From NCBI GenBank assembly GCA_027623555.1, contig JAQBSZ010000003.1:115082-179081 (forward strand): a DNA stretch of 64,000 bases, given 5' to 3'. The notes under the pieces are model-generated. The model had not been told where the DNA came from. It made no database searches and saw only the letters and a list, made by a program, of their open reading frames with translations. This document shows, piece by piece, positions 1 through 9,833 of this stretch; the stretch's first letter is position 1; each line of letters opens with the position of its first letter. The translations under genes were made by a program, and so were the position numbers. Origin of the DNA: Pseudomonadota bacterium. Its GTDB lineage: Bacteria; Pseudomonadota; Gammaproteobacteria; Pseudomonadales; Pseudohongiellaceae.

Positions 1-1326
1 TCCCAGGAGCACCTGCAACTGTCCAGCCACATAGTCCGACAATCCTGACGTAGTGAACCCTTTCGCAATTGCCAGGCCACCCCCAAAAAGCAGCAAGATA
101 CCCCAAGGTACATTCTTCGCGTCATCCCAGGTCATCAGCCGACCACCAATTTCCTTGCCAGCAGGAATCATGAACAGAGTCAGTGCCACGGCGATCGATA
201 CAGTACCATCATCGATCATATAACCAACCGGCGATGAACCGAGTGAAACAAGCAAAGAATCCAGGTAATGACTCCAACCAAAGATATCGACATCATCTCC
301 GAATAGCCGTTCCTTGCGCGTCATTAGCAGTAGTGCAAATGTTGCAAATACCACAGTTACTCGCTTTTCTTCAGCAGACATTATCCCGAGCTTCTGAATC
401 TCGTTATTAATGAAGTCTCTGCCACTAAATGGCGTGGTAGGCGGTAACGGGAAGATGAAGCGAGTTAACAGTAACCAGGCCGCCAACATGTAGAAAGCGC
501 TCATGGGCAAGGCAAACAACATCCAACTGGAAAATGTGATCTCAGGCGCCTCTGGAAATAGTTGGGACATCTGAGTAATCAGCACACCATTGGGTGGCGT
601 GCCAATCAATGTCGCGAAACCGCCAATCGAGGCGCCATACGCAATGCCAAGCAGCAACGTCAGTGAGAAGTTACTGGCCCTGGCATCGATGATCCCGCCT
701 TCGGCTTCGATTTTCCGATTGAGCTCTTCATAGAGAAGCACGAGGGACATGCCCATGGGCATCATCATCAGGGCGGTGGCGGTATTGGACAACCACATCG
801 AAAGAAAGCCAGTGGCGAGCATAAACCCCAACACCAGACGGTGTGGCTGACCACCAATTACTCTCAAGATGTTTAAAGCTATGCGTTTATGCAGACTCCA
901 TTTCTCGACTGCAACCGCAATGATGAACCCTCCCATGAACAACAGGATGATCCAGTCCATGTACTGATTGGCGACATTGGGGAAGATGATATCGAAGTCG
1001 CTGATGGAGAATCCTTCATCAAAGGTCACCGTTGAGAGGTCGATATTCCCTTCTGCAGGTAATTCCCTGCCACGCATAATTCCCATCAGGGGGAACAAGA
1101 CTATTGGCAGTAACGCAGTGGCAGACAAGGGAATGGCTTCCGTCATCCACCAGATAGCCATCAACACAATAATGGCGGCCATCCGGGTAACCAGCGGATT
1201 TTCCGGATTGAGATCGATGAACAGCAACATGAGAAGAAAAACCAGCGGACCCAACCAGAGCCCGATCTTACTTCGCGTAGGCACACCAGCGGGTGTCACC
1301 GTAGCCGGTTCAGGAATGCTTGTCAT
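1..1326 (-). CDS. DASS/SLC13-family anion:sodium symporter; the N-terminal ~440 codons are in the window and the C-terminus runs off the left edge
   Basis: Absent from the ORF track because there is no stop in the window. Manual reverse translation from the ATG at 1326-1324 gives MTSIPEPATVTPAGVPTRSKIGLWLGPLVFLLMLLFIDLNPENPLVTRMAAIIVLMAIWWMTEAIPLSATALLPIVLFPLMGI... It is multi-TM throughout and reads ...VPWGILLLFGGGLAIAKGF near the edge. The + ORF 968..1408 is its antisense shadow. Confidence 0.7.
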   Translation of the reverse strand, partial: MTSIPEPATVTPAGVPTRSKIGLWLGPLVFLLMLLFIDLNPENPLVTRMAAIIVLMAIWWMTEAIPLSATALLPIVLFPLMGIMRGRELPAEGNIDLSTVTFDEGFSISDFDIIFPNVANQYMDWIILLFMGGFIIAVAVEKWSLHKRIALNILRVIGGQPHRLVLGFMLATGFLSMWLSNTATALMMMPMGMSLVLLYEELNRKIEAEGGIIDARASNFSLTLLLGIAYGASIGGFATLIGTPPNGVLITQMSQLFPEAPEITFSSWMLFALPMSAFYMLAAWLLLTRFIFPLPPTTPFSGRDFINNEIQKLGIMSAEEKRVTVVFATFALLLMTRKERLFGDDVDIFGWSHYLDSLLVSLGSSPVGYMIDDGTVSIAVALTLFMIPAGKEIGGRLMTWDDAKNVPWGILLLFGGGLAIAKGFTTSGLSDYVAGQLQVLLG

Positions 1327-1362
1327 AGGATGCCTTTCTCGGTCTTTTTATTGGGAGTTTAG

Positions 1363-2079
1363 TTATTGCTGGAAAATTTCTTCGAGAAAATTAGACAGCG
1401 ACTGGTAGGCGCGATGCTGTGCCACTTCATTGTATACAGTACCAAAGTCTGGATTATTTGCCGCCGGATTGGTGAATGCATGCATAGTGCCACCATAGGC
1501 ATGGATTTGCCAATCAACACCAGCTTCGGTCATTTCAGTCTCAAATGCCAGTACCTGTTCCGGCGGAACCATCGGGTCATCATGCCCATGCAGGCAGAGT
1601 ACCTTAGACTTGATGTTGTCATTTGCTACATCGCCAGGAGAGAAGATGCCGTGAATGCTGACCACGCCAAGCACATCGGCACCCGACCGGGCCAGTTCGA
1701 GCACACACATGCCCCCGAAACAATACCCCATTGCCGCGACTCGCGTGGCATCGACCTGGGGAAGGTTGCGCCCAGCCCCCAGCGCAGCATTAATGCGCTG
1801 ACGTATTCTATGGCGATCGGAAGCCAGCGGGTTCATTAGTGAAGAATTTAACTCGACATCACCATCGGCGCCGAACACACCCTTACCGTACATGTCCAGC
1901 GCGAAACCAACATAACCCATCTCAGCGATTCGTTCAGCAGCCTTGCAGGCAAACTCTCTCCTGCCGCTCCAATCATGTGAAACCAACACCAGGGGTTTTT
2001 GTGTATCCGTGTCTTGATAAGCGACATAGGCTTCCAGTTTGGTGTCGCCATCGTTGTAGTCCAAGTATTGAGTATGCAT
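1363..2079 (-). CDS. dienelactone hydrolase family protein
   Basis: 238 aa. The length and pattern (LVSHDWSGRREF..., GYCFGG nucleophile elbow, C-terminal HAF) fit the DLH alpha/beta-hydrolase family. Confidence 0.8.
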   Translation of the reverse strand: MHTQYLDYNDGDTKLEAYVAYQDTDTQKPLVLVSHDWSGRREFACKAAERIAEMGYVGFALDMYGKGVFGADGDVELNSSLMNPLASDRHRIRQRINAALGAGRNLPQVDATRVAAMGYCFGGMCVLELARSGADVLGVVSIHGIFSPGDVANDNIKSKVLCLHGHDDPMVPPEQVLAFETEMTEAGVDWQIHAYGGTMHAFTNPAANNPDFGTVYNEVAQHRAYQSLSNFLEEIFQQ

Positions 2080-2107
2080 AGTCTTCGCCTGTTATTACTC
2101 CAGCATA

Positions 2108-3169
2108 TTACTTGATCAGCTCTGGGTTAAGTGGGCTACCTGCCGCCTTTTTCTCATTTATCTCCAGTATAGCTGCTTCCAGAGCCAGGAATCGTTCCGC
2201 TGTTGCCGGATGAGACAGAGAATGACTATCGATGTTGCCCGGGCTTTCAATGGCCATGCGTCGCCAAAAATAGCTGGCCCCGTCAAGATCAGTACCGGTA
2301 CGGGCCAGGATATACATTCCTACGTAATCTGCTTCTGCCTCGAACTCGTGCGAATAAGCCCGACTAGTCATGTCTGAAAAAAATCCATCGGTATCCACGC
2401 CCTGAGTATTCGCCGCTATATCAATAACGGCACCGACCCAATAATTCTGCTGACGCTTGGGAATGTGATCCATAATGTTATGCGCCAGTTCATGAGCGAT
2501 TACCAGGGCCAGCTCTTTGTCATCGTCGGTAAAGCGCAACATGCGTCGGGTAAGGAAGACTGCATCACCATCGGCAAAGGCATTCAACTCGTCTCTAAGT
2601 ACCAGTTCTACCTGGTAGTCACAGACAAGTACGGGAGTGACCCTAAAATCCTGGATTGCCTGATCACGCCGAACCGTTATCTTCAGCGAATCACTGACAG
2701 TCAGTTCTTCCCGCAACAGGTTGTTATAGATAGTGCTGGCATTGGTTCCGTCTACCAGTGGATTGTCATTCACAGCGACAATAACATCCCGTGCCTGGAT
2801 ACCAGCACGGAAAGCGGGCCCATCAGCCGCCGCATTCAAGACAGAAACTTCGGCACTCAGCCCCAGGGCTTCACGGGCGGTGTGTTGAAAAGATTCTTCG
2901 AAATCGAAGCCGGTTGCCACATCCAGGCCGATACTGAGTGAGGTTCTGTTCTCGCACAGCGGTGCGGCGGCGACCAATAAAGGAAAGCTGACATCTTGTA
3001 TGCGGCTGCTATCGCGGACATTCTGCTCGAGAGCAATGCTTCTCTGGATATTCCGTTCTTCGACTAGAGCCCGGCTTTCAATCTCGGGGCGCGGAGTAAC
3101 CGGCGTTGCACAGGCAACGGGTAACAGCAATAGCAGCCAACCGATCCTCCTCGAGAATGAATCAATCAT
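2108..3169 (-). CDS. M48-family zinc metallopeptidase with PDZ-like insert, probable lipoprotein
   Basis: HELAHNIMDH (HExxH) motif. A lipoprotein-like signal MIDSFSRRIGWLLLLLPVACA begins at the internal ATG at 3169. The longer ORF-track start (3253) would overlap the upstream peroxiredoxin gene. Confidence 0.75.
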   Translation of the reverse strand: MIDSFSRRIGWLLLLLPVACATPVTPRPEIESRALVEERNIQRSIALEQNVRDSSRIQDVSFPLLVAAAPLCENRTSLSIGLDVATGFDFEESFQHTAREALGLSAEVSVLNAAADGPAFRAGIQARDVIVAVNDNPLVDGTNASTIYNNLLREELTVSDSLKITVRRDQAIQDFRVTPVLVCDYQVELVLRDELNAFADGDAVFLTRRMLRFTDDDKELALVIAHELAHNIMDHIPKRQQNYWVGAVIDIAANTQGVDTDGFFSDMTSRAYSHEFEAEADYVGMYILARTGTDLDGASYFWRRMAIESPGNIDSHSLSHPATAERFLALEAAILEINEKKAAGSPLNPELIK

Positions 3170-3188
3170 TGCCAGAATCTGCAGCCCT

Positions 3189-3668
3189 CTATAAGTTTTC
3201 CAGCATAGCTTCAGCAGAACTGACTTTGATTTCTCCAGGCGCTTCAATACCAAGATAGGTCACTGTGCCATCATCGACGATCATTCCGAACCGCTGAGCG
3301 CGAGAACCCATACCGAATCCGCTGGCGTCCAACTGCAAGCCTATGGCGCTGGTGAAGTCTCCATTACCATCCGCCAGCATCAGGATCTCTTCTGCATTTT
3401 GAGCCTTGCCCCAGGCTCCCATGACAAAGGCATCGTTTACTGCCATACAGGCAATCGTGTCGGCGCCTTTGGCCTTGATGGCGTCAGCATTGACGACAAA
3501 TCCTGGAAGGTGAGTCATAGAACAACCCGGGGTGAAGGCGCCGGGTACTGCAAAGAAGACTACCTTCTTACCGACAAAAACCTCATCACTACTGAGGTCT
3601 TTTGGGCCTGCATCGGTCATAACCTTGAATTTTGCCGCGGGAACCTTGTCCCCAACTTGAATCGTCAT
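3189..3668 (-). CDS. peroxiredoxin, Prx5/PrxD subfamily
   Basis: 159 aa with VPGAFTPGCS, the peroxidatic-Cys motif characteristic of Prx5-type peroxiredoxins. Confidence 0.85.
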   Translation of the reverse strand: MTIQVGDKVPAAKFKVMTDAGPKDLSSDEVFVGKKVVFFAVPGAFTPGCSMTHLPGFVVNADAIKAKGADTIACMAVNDAFVMGAWGKAQNAEEILMLADGNGDFTSAIGLQLDASGFGMGSRAQRFGMIVDDGTVTYLGIEAPGEIKVSSAEAMLENL

Positions 3669-3782
3669 GCTGTTGCTCCTGAACTATGTGAGTGTCTGGC
3701 CAGTTTAGCAAATTCTTCATCGTGTGCGGCAAAAATTGCCGATGTTATTGGGATGAAATTGGGGTAGCATTCGGAGCCTTTA

Positions 3783-4646
3783 TTGCAAACTAACAATATG
3801 ATGGACAGTGTGTTCTTCGTTGCCTCCAAACTGATTTGGGCAGTTATATCACCCGATAGTTTGATCGTCCTGCTGGGGGTGCTGGCCTGGATAAGCCTCG
3901 TAATCGGCTGGCAGAAACTCTCCCGCAGACTACTCTCCGCTTGCGCGCTGCTGCTACTCCTGGTGGGCTTCCTGCCGTTGGGTGAATGGCTGATCGCACC
4001 GCTGGAAAATCGGTTTGCGGCAAATACAGCGCTGCCAGCGGAAGCCGATGGTATCATCGTGCTTGGTGGCGCGATCTCACCTGTGGACTCTCAAGCCTGG
4101 AATCAGGTAGAGATTGGTAGTGCTGGTGACCGTTTAACGAATTTTCTCTACCTTGCAGGACTATTTCCAGATGCTCAACTTGTATTTACCGGTGGTAGCG
4201 GCGCGGTAACTCAACAGGAATTCAAGGAGGCAGAATTCGCTCAATATTTATTTGAACAGTTGGGTGTAACAGATCGCGCCATCATCTACGAGAGCGAATC
4301 CAGAAATACCTTTGAGAACGCACTCAACTCGAAAGAGTTGCTCAGTCCAGCAGAAGGTGAAAAATGGATACTGATTACGTCTGCTTTTCATATGCCTCGT
4401 TCGGTGGGCATCTTCTGTCAGCAGGAATGGGTTGTCACACCCTACCCGGTAGATCACTATTCGAGGAAAGGCGACCTGCTGCGGGTTGAGTTTAATTTCT
4501 CTGGAAACTTGTCACTTCTTGTAACTGCAGTCAAAGAATGGGTCGGGCTGGTAGCCTACCGCATCACTGGCAGGACTGATCAATTGCTGCCAGGTAGTGA
4601 GAATTATTGTGGCGTTCCGCTAACTGAAGAAGCCCGGGGACTTTAA
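3783..4646 (+). CDS. DUF218 (YdcF/ElyC-like) membrane-anchored protein
   Basis: N-terminal TM helices followed by ...IIVLGG..., ...FTGGSG..., ESESRNTFENA, typical of DUF218. The start is uncertain: TTG at 3783 or ATG at 3798. Confidence 0.7.
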   Translation: MQTNNMMDSVFFVASKLIWAVISPDSLIVLLGVLAWISLVIGWQKLSRRLLSACALLLLLVGFLPLGEWLIAPLENRFAANTALPAEADGIIVLGGAISPVDSQAWNQVEIGSAGDRLTNFLYLAGLFPDAQLVFTGGSGAVTQQEFKEAEFAQYLFEQLGVTDRAIIYESESRNTFENALNSKELLSPAEGEKWILITSAFHMPRSVGIFCQQEWVVTPYPVDHYSRKGDLLRVEFNFSGNLSLLVTAVKEWVGLVAYRITGRTDQLLPGSENYCGVPLTEEARGL

Positions 4647-4647
4647 G

Positions 4648-5397
4648 CTAGTTCAAGATACTGCGCAGGCGACCGCCCAGCTCTTCAACGGCATCTTCAA
4701 CCGTATCCTGCACCTGTTTCACACCGCCCTCCAGTCTGGCTTCTACACCCTCCGCCAGATCATCGAGACTGGGCAGGTTGGCGCTCAGTATCGAAGTGCT
4801 CATCTTTGACAGTACTGCCTGCAAAACTTCCGCGACACTGCTGGAATCATTTTCAGCACCAATATTGGTCATCTGGATATCGGGCAAAGGAATTGGTGCG
4901 GTGACTATTGCCGCCACCAGGTTGAGCTGGGGGTCGAGTAATTGCAGGTCACGAATGATCAGGCCTTTGCCGGCTGCTGCTGGCTCTACAGCCGATTCGC
5001 CAGTTGCTGAGCCGGCGGAAATATTTGCGATCAGCGCGCGAATATTGTCAGTTGTAATCCGGGTTTCATAGGTTATTTCAGGCTGAACTACCCGAATTGA
5101 TTCAATCTCAATGACATCGGAGAACAGCGAACTGACATTCAGGTTTACAGTTAATTCTTCAAGCTGAATTGCATGTTCTGATCTAAAGCCTGCAGGATTT
5201 CCAACACTGAGCCCACGGATTGAGCCACTACCATTCAGAGGCGATATCGATACGGAATTAACTGTGACACCCGTCCCCAAAACTTCGCTGCCGACAACTT
5301 CGATGCCACTCTTCACAATGCTGTCGACGTAAAAGAAGGCTATGCCTACAACCAGCAGAATCAGAAGTACCAGCGAGATTACTGCTTTCTTGATCAT
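4648..5397 (-). CDS. membrane-anchored protein of unknown function (weak AsmA/DUF748-like N-terminus)
   Basis: 249 aa with a single N-terminal TM (MIKKAVISLVLLILLVVGIAFF) followed by a beta-rich Ser/Val/Asn-rich region. Coding-like composition; the family assignment is weak. Confidence 0.4.
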   Translation of the reverse strand: MIKKAVISLVLLILLVVGIAFFYVDSIVKSGIEVVGSEVLGTGVTVNSVSISPLNGSGSIRGLSVGNPAGFRSEHAIQLEELTVNLNVSSLFSDVIEIESIRVVQPEITYETRITTDNIRALIANISAGSATGESAVEPAAAGKGLIIRDLQLLDPQLNLVAAIVTAPIPLPDIQMTNIGAENDSSSVAEVLQAVLSKMSTSILSANLPSLDDLAEGVEARLEGGVKQVQDTVEDAVEELGGRLRSILN

Positions 5398-5428
5398 TAT
5401 CTGCTCACTCTTTCTTTACTGTCTTAAT

Positions 5429-6241
5429 CTAAGAATCAAACGGCAGCTTGCTGCCAATAATAGTTTCGATCCAGTCTAGATGCTGTGACACCCTTTCATA
5501 AATTGCCACTGAACCATATTTACCCTGCGTTTCCTCAGAAAAGTCCGTCCCTTCGACTTCTCCCACGGCAATGCCGGCCAGGCGATAGCCCTCAGCAGTT
5601 TCCAGCAACGCCGGACCACCGCTGTCGCCGAGCCCGGGCACACCTTCGAGATCCAGAGATTCACCGCCGAAGTCTCTTGGGTCATCGAACACGATGCGAA
5701 TACGCCGATCGGCCTGTACTATCCGGTTTCTTGCACGGCGCAATTTCCCATCATCATACTGCCGACCGGTAGTACCGAGGCCGAAATATCCCCAGCCTAA
5801 CAGACTGACCTCAGCCGCCAATTCATTCACTTCCAGTTGCAGAGGCAACGGGCGGGGCAGAACTGACGCTACCCGAAAGCGAAGCAGCGCGAGATCCACA
5901 TCTGATGCCGAGTCTTGATCATAGTCCGGATGGATCACCAGGCGATCGATTTCTCTGCGCTGTCCACCTACTTCAACTCCGAAGCGGCGGCCGTTTTCTA
6001 TCGTATTAGCCAGGGTTGTCTGATGCGCACAATGCGCGGCAGTAATTGCCCAGCGTTGATGTATCACGGTAGCAACGCAGACCTTGCGATTGCCCTGTCG
6101 CTCGATATAAAAAACCGCTGGAAACTGATTTGACTGGACTTCATAGCGGGCAAATGCGACATCATGGCGAATGACGATAGCCTGGCTGCTAAATGTTAGT
6201 GACACAATTAGCAGGGTCAGAAATTTAGTGAACAATTTCAT
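5429..6241 (-). CDS. secreted trypsin-like (S1 family) serine protease
   Basis: Signal peptide, WAITAAHC (catalytic His) and GDSGGP (catalytic Ser) motifs. Confidence 0.8.
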   Translation of the reverse strand: MKLFTKFLTLLIVSLTFSSQAIVIRHDVAFARYEVQSNQFPAVFYIERQGNRKVCVATVIHQRWAITAAHCAHQTTLANTIENGRRFGVEVGGQRREIDRLVIHPDYDQDSASDVDLALLRFRVASVLPRPLPLQLEVNELAAEVSLLGWGYFGLGTTGRQYDDGKLRRARNRIVQADRRIRIVFDDPRDFGGESLDLEGVPGLGDSGGPALLETAEGYRLAGIAVGEVEGTDFSEETQGKYGSVAIYERVSQHLDWIETIIGSKLPFDS

Positions 6242-6249
6242 AGATAGCG

Positions 6250-6444
6250 TTACTTCTTCTGTTGCGGGCGGGCACGTCTTAACGGGCGCAGATTAGGCTT
6301 GTAGCGCGGTTTTCTTGTCATCTGAAAAATCTTTACCATGCGATGCAGAACTGCCAGCACAGTAACGACGATAAATACCAGGATACTGGCTGCCAACCAC
6401 TGCTCATGAGTCCAGCCTGAAACGTCGATTAATTCTGACAGCAC
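6250..6444 (-). CDS. small single-TM protein with basic C-terminal tail
   Basis: 64 aa with one hydrophobic helix, then KPRYKPNLRPLRRARPQQKK. It sits 8 nt upstream of the protease gene on the same strand. Short, so uncertain. Confidence 0.35.
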   Translation of the reverse strand: MLSELIDVSGWTHEQWLAASILVFIVVTVLAVLHRMVKIFQMTRKPRYKPNLRPLRRARPQQKK

Positions 6445-6542
6445 CGGTGCTCTCTCTGTTTTATGGGAATGAAGGATGGCCCGGGCCAGCTATTATGCGT
6501 CAATAGCGACAGGGAATGCCAGAGCGACTGAGTTTACTGAGC

Positions 6543-7160
6543 TCAAGCCTCGTTAGCGAGGTCGGACACGATCTGCTCGATATTCTCTATTCGTTCCCAG
6601 GGATCATCCAGTTCCAGCAGCTGCTGTCTCTGTTCGACTTCAATTGGTATCAATTCGCTCAGCCGCCAACCCAGGTCCCACAGATTATTGTAATCGATCG
6701 ACAGATTTTTCTGCTCCACCAACGGATGGCTCTCCAGGTTCTGCAGGAGATCCGCCAGCGCAGAAAACTGATCATCAAGTGGAATAGTTTCCTTGCCAAC
6801 ACTATCGGTGTCACTGAATTGAACTTTCGCGCACAAAACTCCACTATCGCCCTGCCAACAGTCTTCAATCTTGAATTTTGCAGAGCCTTCAACAGTGATG
6901 CCTAATAAACCATTCTCCAGCTGGTCCCAGTCCACGATACTGGCGTAAGTCCCGGTTCGATGAAATGTTTGTTTCGTGCCCGTTTTAATTACTTCTTCGC
7001 CTTCCTTAAGCAGGCAGATACCAAATCCGGTGCTGCTGCGCATGCAATTACTGACCAGGTCGATGTAGCGCCGCTCGAAGATCTGCAGGTCCAGCCTGCC
7101 TCCAGGAAACATTACGACCCGAAGTGGAAATAAGGAGATCTCTCGTTGTTCAATCATCAA
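6543..7160 (-). CDS. LON substrate-binding (Lon N-terminal) domain protein
   Basis: LFPLRVVMFPGGRLDLQIFERRYIDL is the classic start of stand-alone Lon N-domain proteins. 205 aa. Confidence 0.75.
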   Translation of the reverse strand: MMIEQREISLFPLRVVMFPGGRLDLQIFERRYIDLVSNCMRSSTGFGICLLKEGEEVIKTGTKQTFHRTGTYASIVDWDQLENGLLGITVEGSAKFKIEDCWQGDSGVLCAKVQFSDTDSVGKETIPLDDQFSALADLLQNLESHPLVEQKNLSIDYNNLWDLGWRLSELIPIEVEQRQQLLELDDPWERIENIEQIVSDLANEA

Positions 7161-7206
7161 GCCGCTCTCGAATGAGTGGATAATGCCTAGTCCTACATAA
7201 GTGTAA

Positions 7207-8652
7207 TCACGTCAAAAGTGATGGGCCATGTCCAAGTGCCTTCAGCAGCTTTTCGTGGATACCGCCAAATCCGCCGTTACTCATTATCACGATATGATCG
7301 CCCGACTGGCAACTCTCTTCAAGAAAAGTAACGATCTGGTCGACTTCAGAAAACGCGTAACTCGGCGCCTTACTCTCGGCCAGTAAGGCCACGAAATCTA
7401 TTTTTGCATCATTGGGCTTGAACCAGACAACCAGGTCTGCCGCCTGCACCGCGATATTAAACTCGTGCTGATGCACACCGAGTTTCATCGTGTTGGAGCG
7501 CGGCTCGATTACTGCAATCAGTCGTGAATCTCCAGCCTCGGCTTGTAACTTATTTGCCAGACCTTGCAGTGTGAGCTTGATCGCAGTCGGATGGTGAGCG
7601 AAATCATCATAGACCTTGATACCTTCAATAGTGCCCCGTAATTCCATACGCCGTTTTACGCCTTTGAATTCAAGCAGTGCATCGCGAGCAGTCATCACTT
7701 CAACGCCAACATTGTGAGCCGCAGCAACTGCAGCCATGGCATTTCTGACATTATGAATACCGGTTAAATTCCAGCTCACCATCGCGCGATTTATCACTTC
7801 ACCGGTAGAGCCCTGCCCATATTTGACAACTTCAAACTCGCTGCCCTGCTTGTCTTGCACCAACGCATTCCAGAAGACACCCCCATTGGCAGCGAGCTTC
7901 TTACAAATTTCATCTGGCACTGCAATGCCAAATTGCTGGCGTCGGGTCCAGCAACCCATGCGCAACACTACTTCAATGGCCGAATCCCCGTGCGGAAAGA
8001 TGATAAGGCCGTTACCCGGCAGCGTTCTTATCATTTGATGAAATTGCTTTTCGATTGCTTCCAGGTCCTCGAAGATGTCGGCATGATCAAATTCCAGGTT
8101 ATTAAGAATTGTTGTACGTGGTGAATAATGAATAAACTTGGATCGCTTGTCGAAGAATGCACTGTCATATTCATCGGCCTCGACTACGAAGAAGGGTGAC
8201 TCTCCAATGGATGCTGACTGGGGAAAATTATTCGCGACGCCCCCGATCAGATAGCCTGGCTTGATTTCGGCATACTCCAGTATCCAGGCCAGCATCGCGC
8301 TGGTACTGGTCTTTCCGTGGGTACCAGCAACCCCGAGCACCCATTTATCGTGGAGTACGTATTGAGCCAGCCATTGAGGTCCGGATGTGTAGTTAAGCCC
8401 TTCATCAAGCACATACTCAACGGCTGGGTTTCCCCGCGTAAGAGCATTACCGATAATGACAAGGTCGGGAGGTGGCTGCAGATGTTGCGGACGGTATCCT
8501 TCGCGCAGAACAATACCCTGCTGTTCCAGCTGAGTACTCATCGGTGGGTAAACATCAGCGTCACTGCCACTTACCCGGTAGCCCAGCTGTTTGGCCAGAA
8601 CCGCCAGGCTGCCCATGAAAGTGCCACAAATGCCTAGAATGTGGATATGCAT
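7207..8652 (-). CDS. mpl: UDP-N-acetylmuramate:L-alanyl-gamma-D-glutamyl-meso-diaminopimelate ligase
   Basis: MHIHILGICGTFMGSLAVLAKQLGYRVSGSDADVYPPMSTQL... plus the GTHGKTST P-loop; 481 aa. Mur-ligase architecture typical of Mpl. Confidence 0.9.
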   Translation of the reverse strand: MHIHILGICGTFMGSLAVLAKQLGYRVSGSDADVYPPMSTQLEQQGIVLREGYRPQHLQPPPDLVIIGNALTRGNPAVEYVLDEGLNYTSGPQWLAQYVLHDKWVLGVAGTHGKTSTSAMLAWILEYAEIKPGYLIGGVANNFPQSASIGESPFFVVEADEYDSAFFDKRSKFIHYSPRTTILNNLEFDHADIFEDLEAIEKQFHQMIRTLPGNGLIIFPHGDSAIEVVLRMGCWTRRQQFGIAVPDEICKKLAANGGVFWNALVQDKQGSEFEVVKYGQGSTGEVINRAMVSWNLTGIHNVRNAMAAVAAAHNVGVEVMTARDALLEFKGVKRRMELRGTIEGIKVYDDFAHHPTAIKLTLQGLANKLQAEAGDSRLIAVIEPRSNTMKLGVHQHEFNIAVQAADLVVWFKPNDAKIDFVALLAESKAPSYAFSEVDQIVTFLEESCQSGDHIVIMSNGGFGGIHEKLLKALGHGPSLLT

Positions 8653-8803
8653 TGATTCCTCAAATCCGCTTACGCCTGCATCTCGCAGCGATTTTTATAG
8701 GATAATACTTCGGTATCGGCGGCGGTAGGGGCCATCGGAGGTATATTTATGAACAATCCAATGCAGATCCGGAAATTTTCTCTCGTGTTCGCAAGATAGG
8801 GTA

Positions 8804-9328
8804 ATGACATTGATATCAAACAGATTCTGGGACTTTTCAATAGAATTGTACGCCAGGAAGGGTGTTGCCGAAGCCTGCCTGGAATTACAGAACTCCTATG
8901 GCCTGGACGTAAATCTGGTGTTGTTCTGCTTCTGGTCTGCTAATCAACATGGAGAGCTCGACGAGGCCACATTAAGTAAAGCCATAAGCTTTTCCGCTAC
9001 CTGGCGGACAGAAGTCGTGCAACCTCTGAGGAATGTGCGCCGCTGGATGAAAGACACCGGTGCAATTTTCGCGGGGGATCGGCAATCACACTATGACGCA
9101 TTGCGCGAGCGCATCAAACTCGATGAGCTTGCCGCCGAGAAATATCAACAGAGAGTCCTAGAAGGTCTAACAGCTGACTTAGGAAATAATCGTAATACGT
9201 CACGATCACGGAGCATTGCGCGGAAAAATTTGCAGAACTACCTGATGACATCCGGTTTAATGGAGGACAGTAGTGTTCGTGATTTACTGCAGCATATCGA
9301 TGAAGCAATTGGATGGAATCCAAACTAG
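8804..9328 (+). CDS. TIGR02444/DUF2390-family protein
   Basis: FWDFSIELYARKGVAEACLELQNSYGLDVNLVLFCFW matches my recollection of the DUF2390 N-terminus. 174 aa. Confidence 0.55.
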   Translation: MTLISNRFWDFSIELYARKGVAEACLELQNSYGLDVNLVLFCFWSANQHGELDEATLSKAISFSATWRTEVVQPLRNVRRWMKDTGAIFAGDRQSHYDALRERIKLDELAAEKYQQRVLEGLTADLGNNRNTSRSRSIARKNLQNYLMTSGLMEDSSVRDLLQHIDEAIGWNPN

Positions 9329-9345
9329 CTCGAGGATAGCGCGAA

Positions 9346-9367
9346 ACCCTGGTTGGTTGACCAGGGT
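9346..9367. terminator. hairpin between convergent genes (possible bidirectional terminator)
   Basis: ACCCTGGT-TGGTTG-ACCAGGGT, an 8-bp perfect stem, between the stop at 9328 (+) and the stop at 9386 (-). The U-tract is weak. Confidence 0.3.
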
Positions 9368-9385
9368 CTTAACTGTAAAGTGATG

Positions 9386-9646
9386 CTACTCGCTGGCTTG
9401 CTCGGTACTCTCGTTACGATCAGTATTTGCAGTGCTTGCAGAACCAGCTTGATTCTGTTGGCTCTTGGAGAGAAAGTTGGCAGAGATACCAAAGGCTATC
9501 GCAAGCGCTAACCAGAGAATGCCATTTACCAATGAACCTTCACTACCTCCAGCGAATGAAATTACGGCTAGCAATGTAGCAATAATCGCGACTACCCAGC
9601 AGAGGTTTTTGGAGTACTTGGCGAAACCCGATCGTTTTTCTATCAT
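9386..9646 (-). CDS. small two-TM membrane protein
   Basis: Hydrophobic segments WVVAIIATLLAVISFAGG and ILWLALAIAFGISANFL. The start is taken at the internal ATG (MIEKRSG...). Confidence 0.4.
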   Translation of the reverse strand: MIEKRSGFAKYSKNLCWVVAIIATLLAVISFAGGSEGSLVNGILWLALAIAFGISANFLSKSQQNQAGSASTANTDRNESTEQASE

Positions 9647-9833
9647 GTCAGCCTCACGGAGAATTTGCTCTTCAATTAAGTTTCCTAAACTATCGGCACA
9701 GCAAACCATTGCCTAAACAGGCAGTCAAGCTGGAAGCGCCGATTTTGCCAATCCGGTCTCATTTTTTACCCACTCATCCCCGAGTCCGATAAATGGAAGT
9801 GATTCCTGGACAGGACCTTTTTTGCGCATTTCG

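Noticed and set aside
968-1408. 146-aa + strand ORF, and the many other 60-180-aa ORFs lying antisense inside long genes (e.g. 2465..2941, 10548..11078, 21622..22011, 36767..37255, 41975..42406, 48250..48732, 50051..50452).
   Set aside because: Each is fully embedded opposite a longer ORF that has clear family motifs. Their translations are Arg/Ser/Pro/Cys-rich and motif-free, as expected for shadow ORFs.
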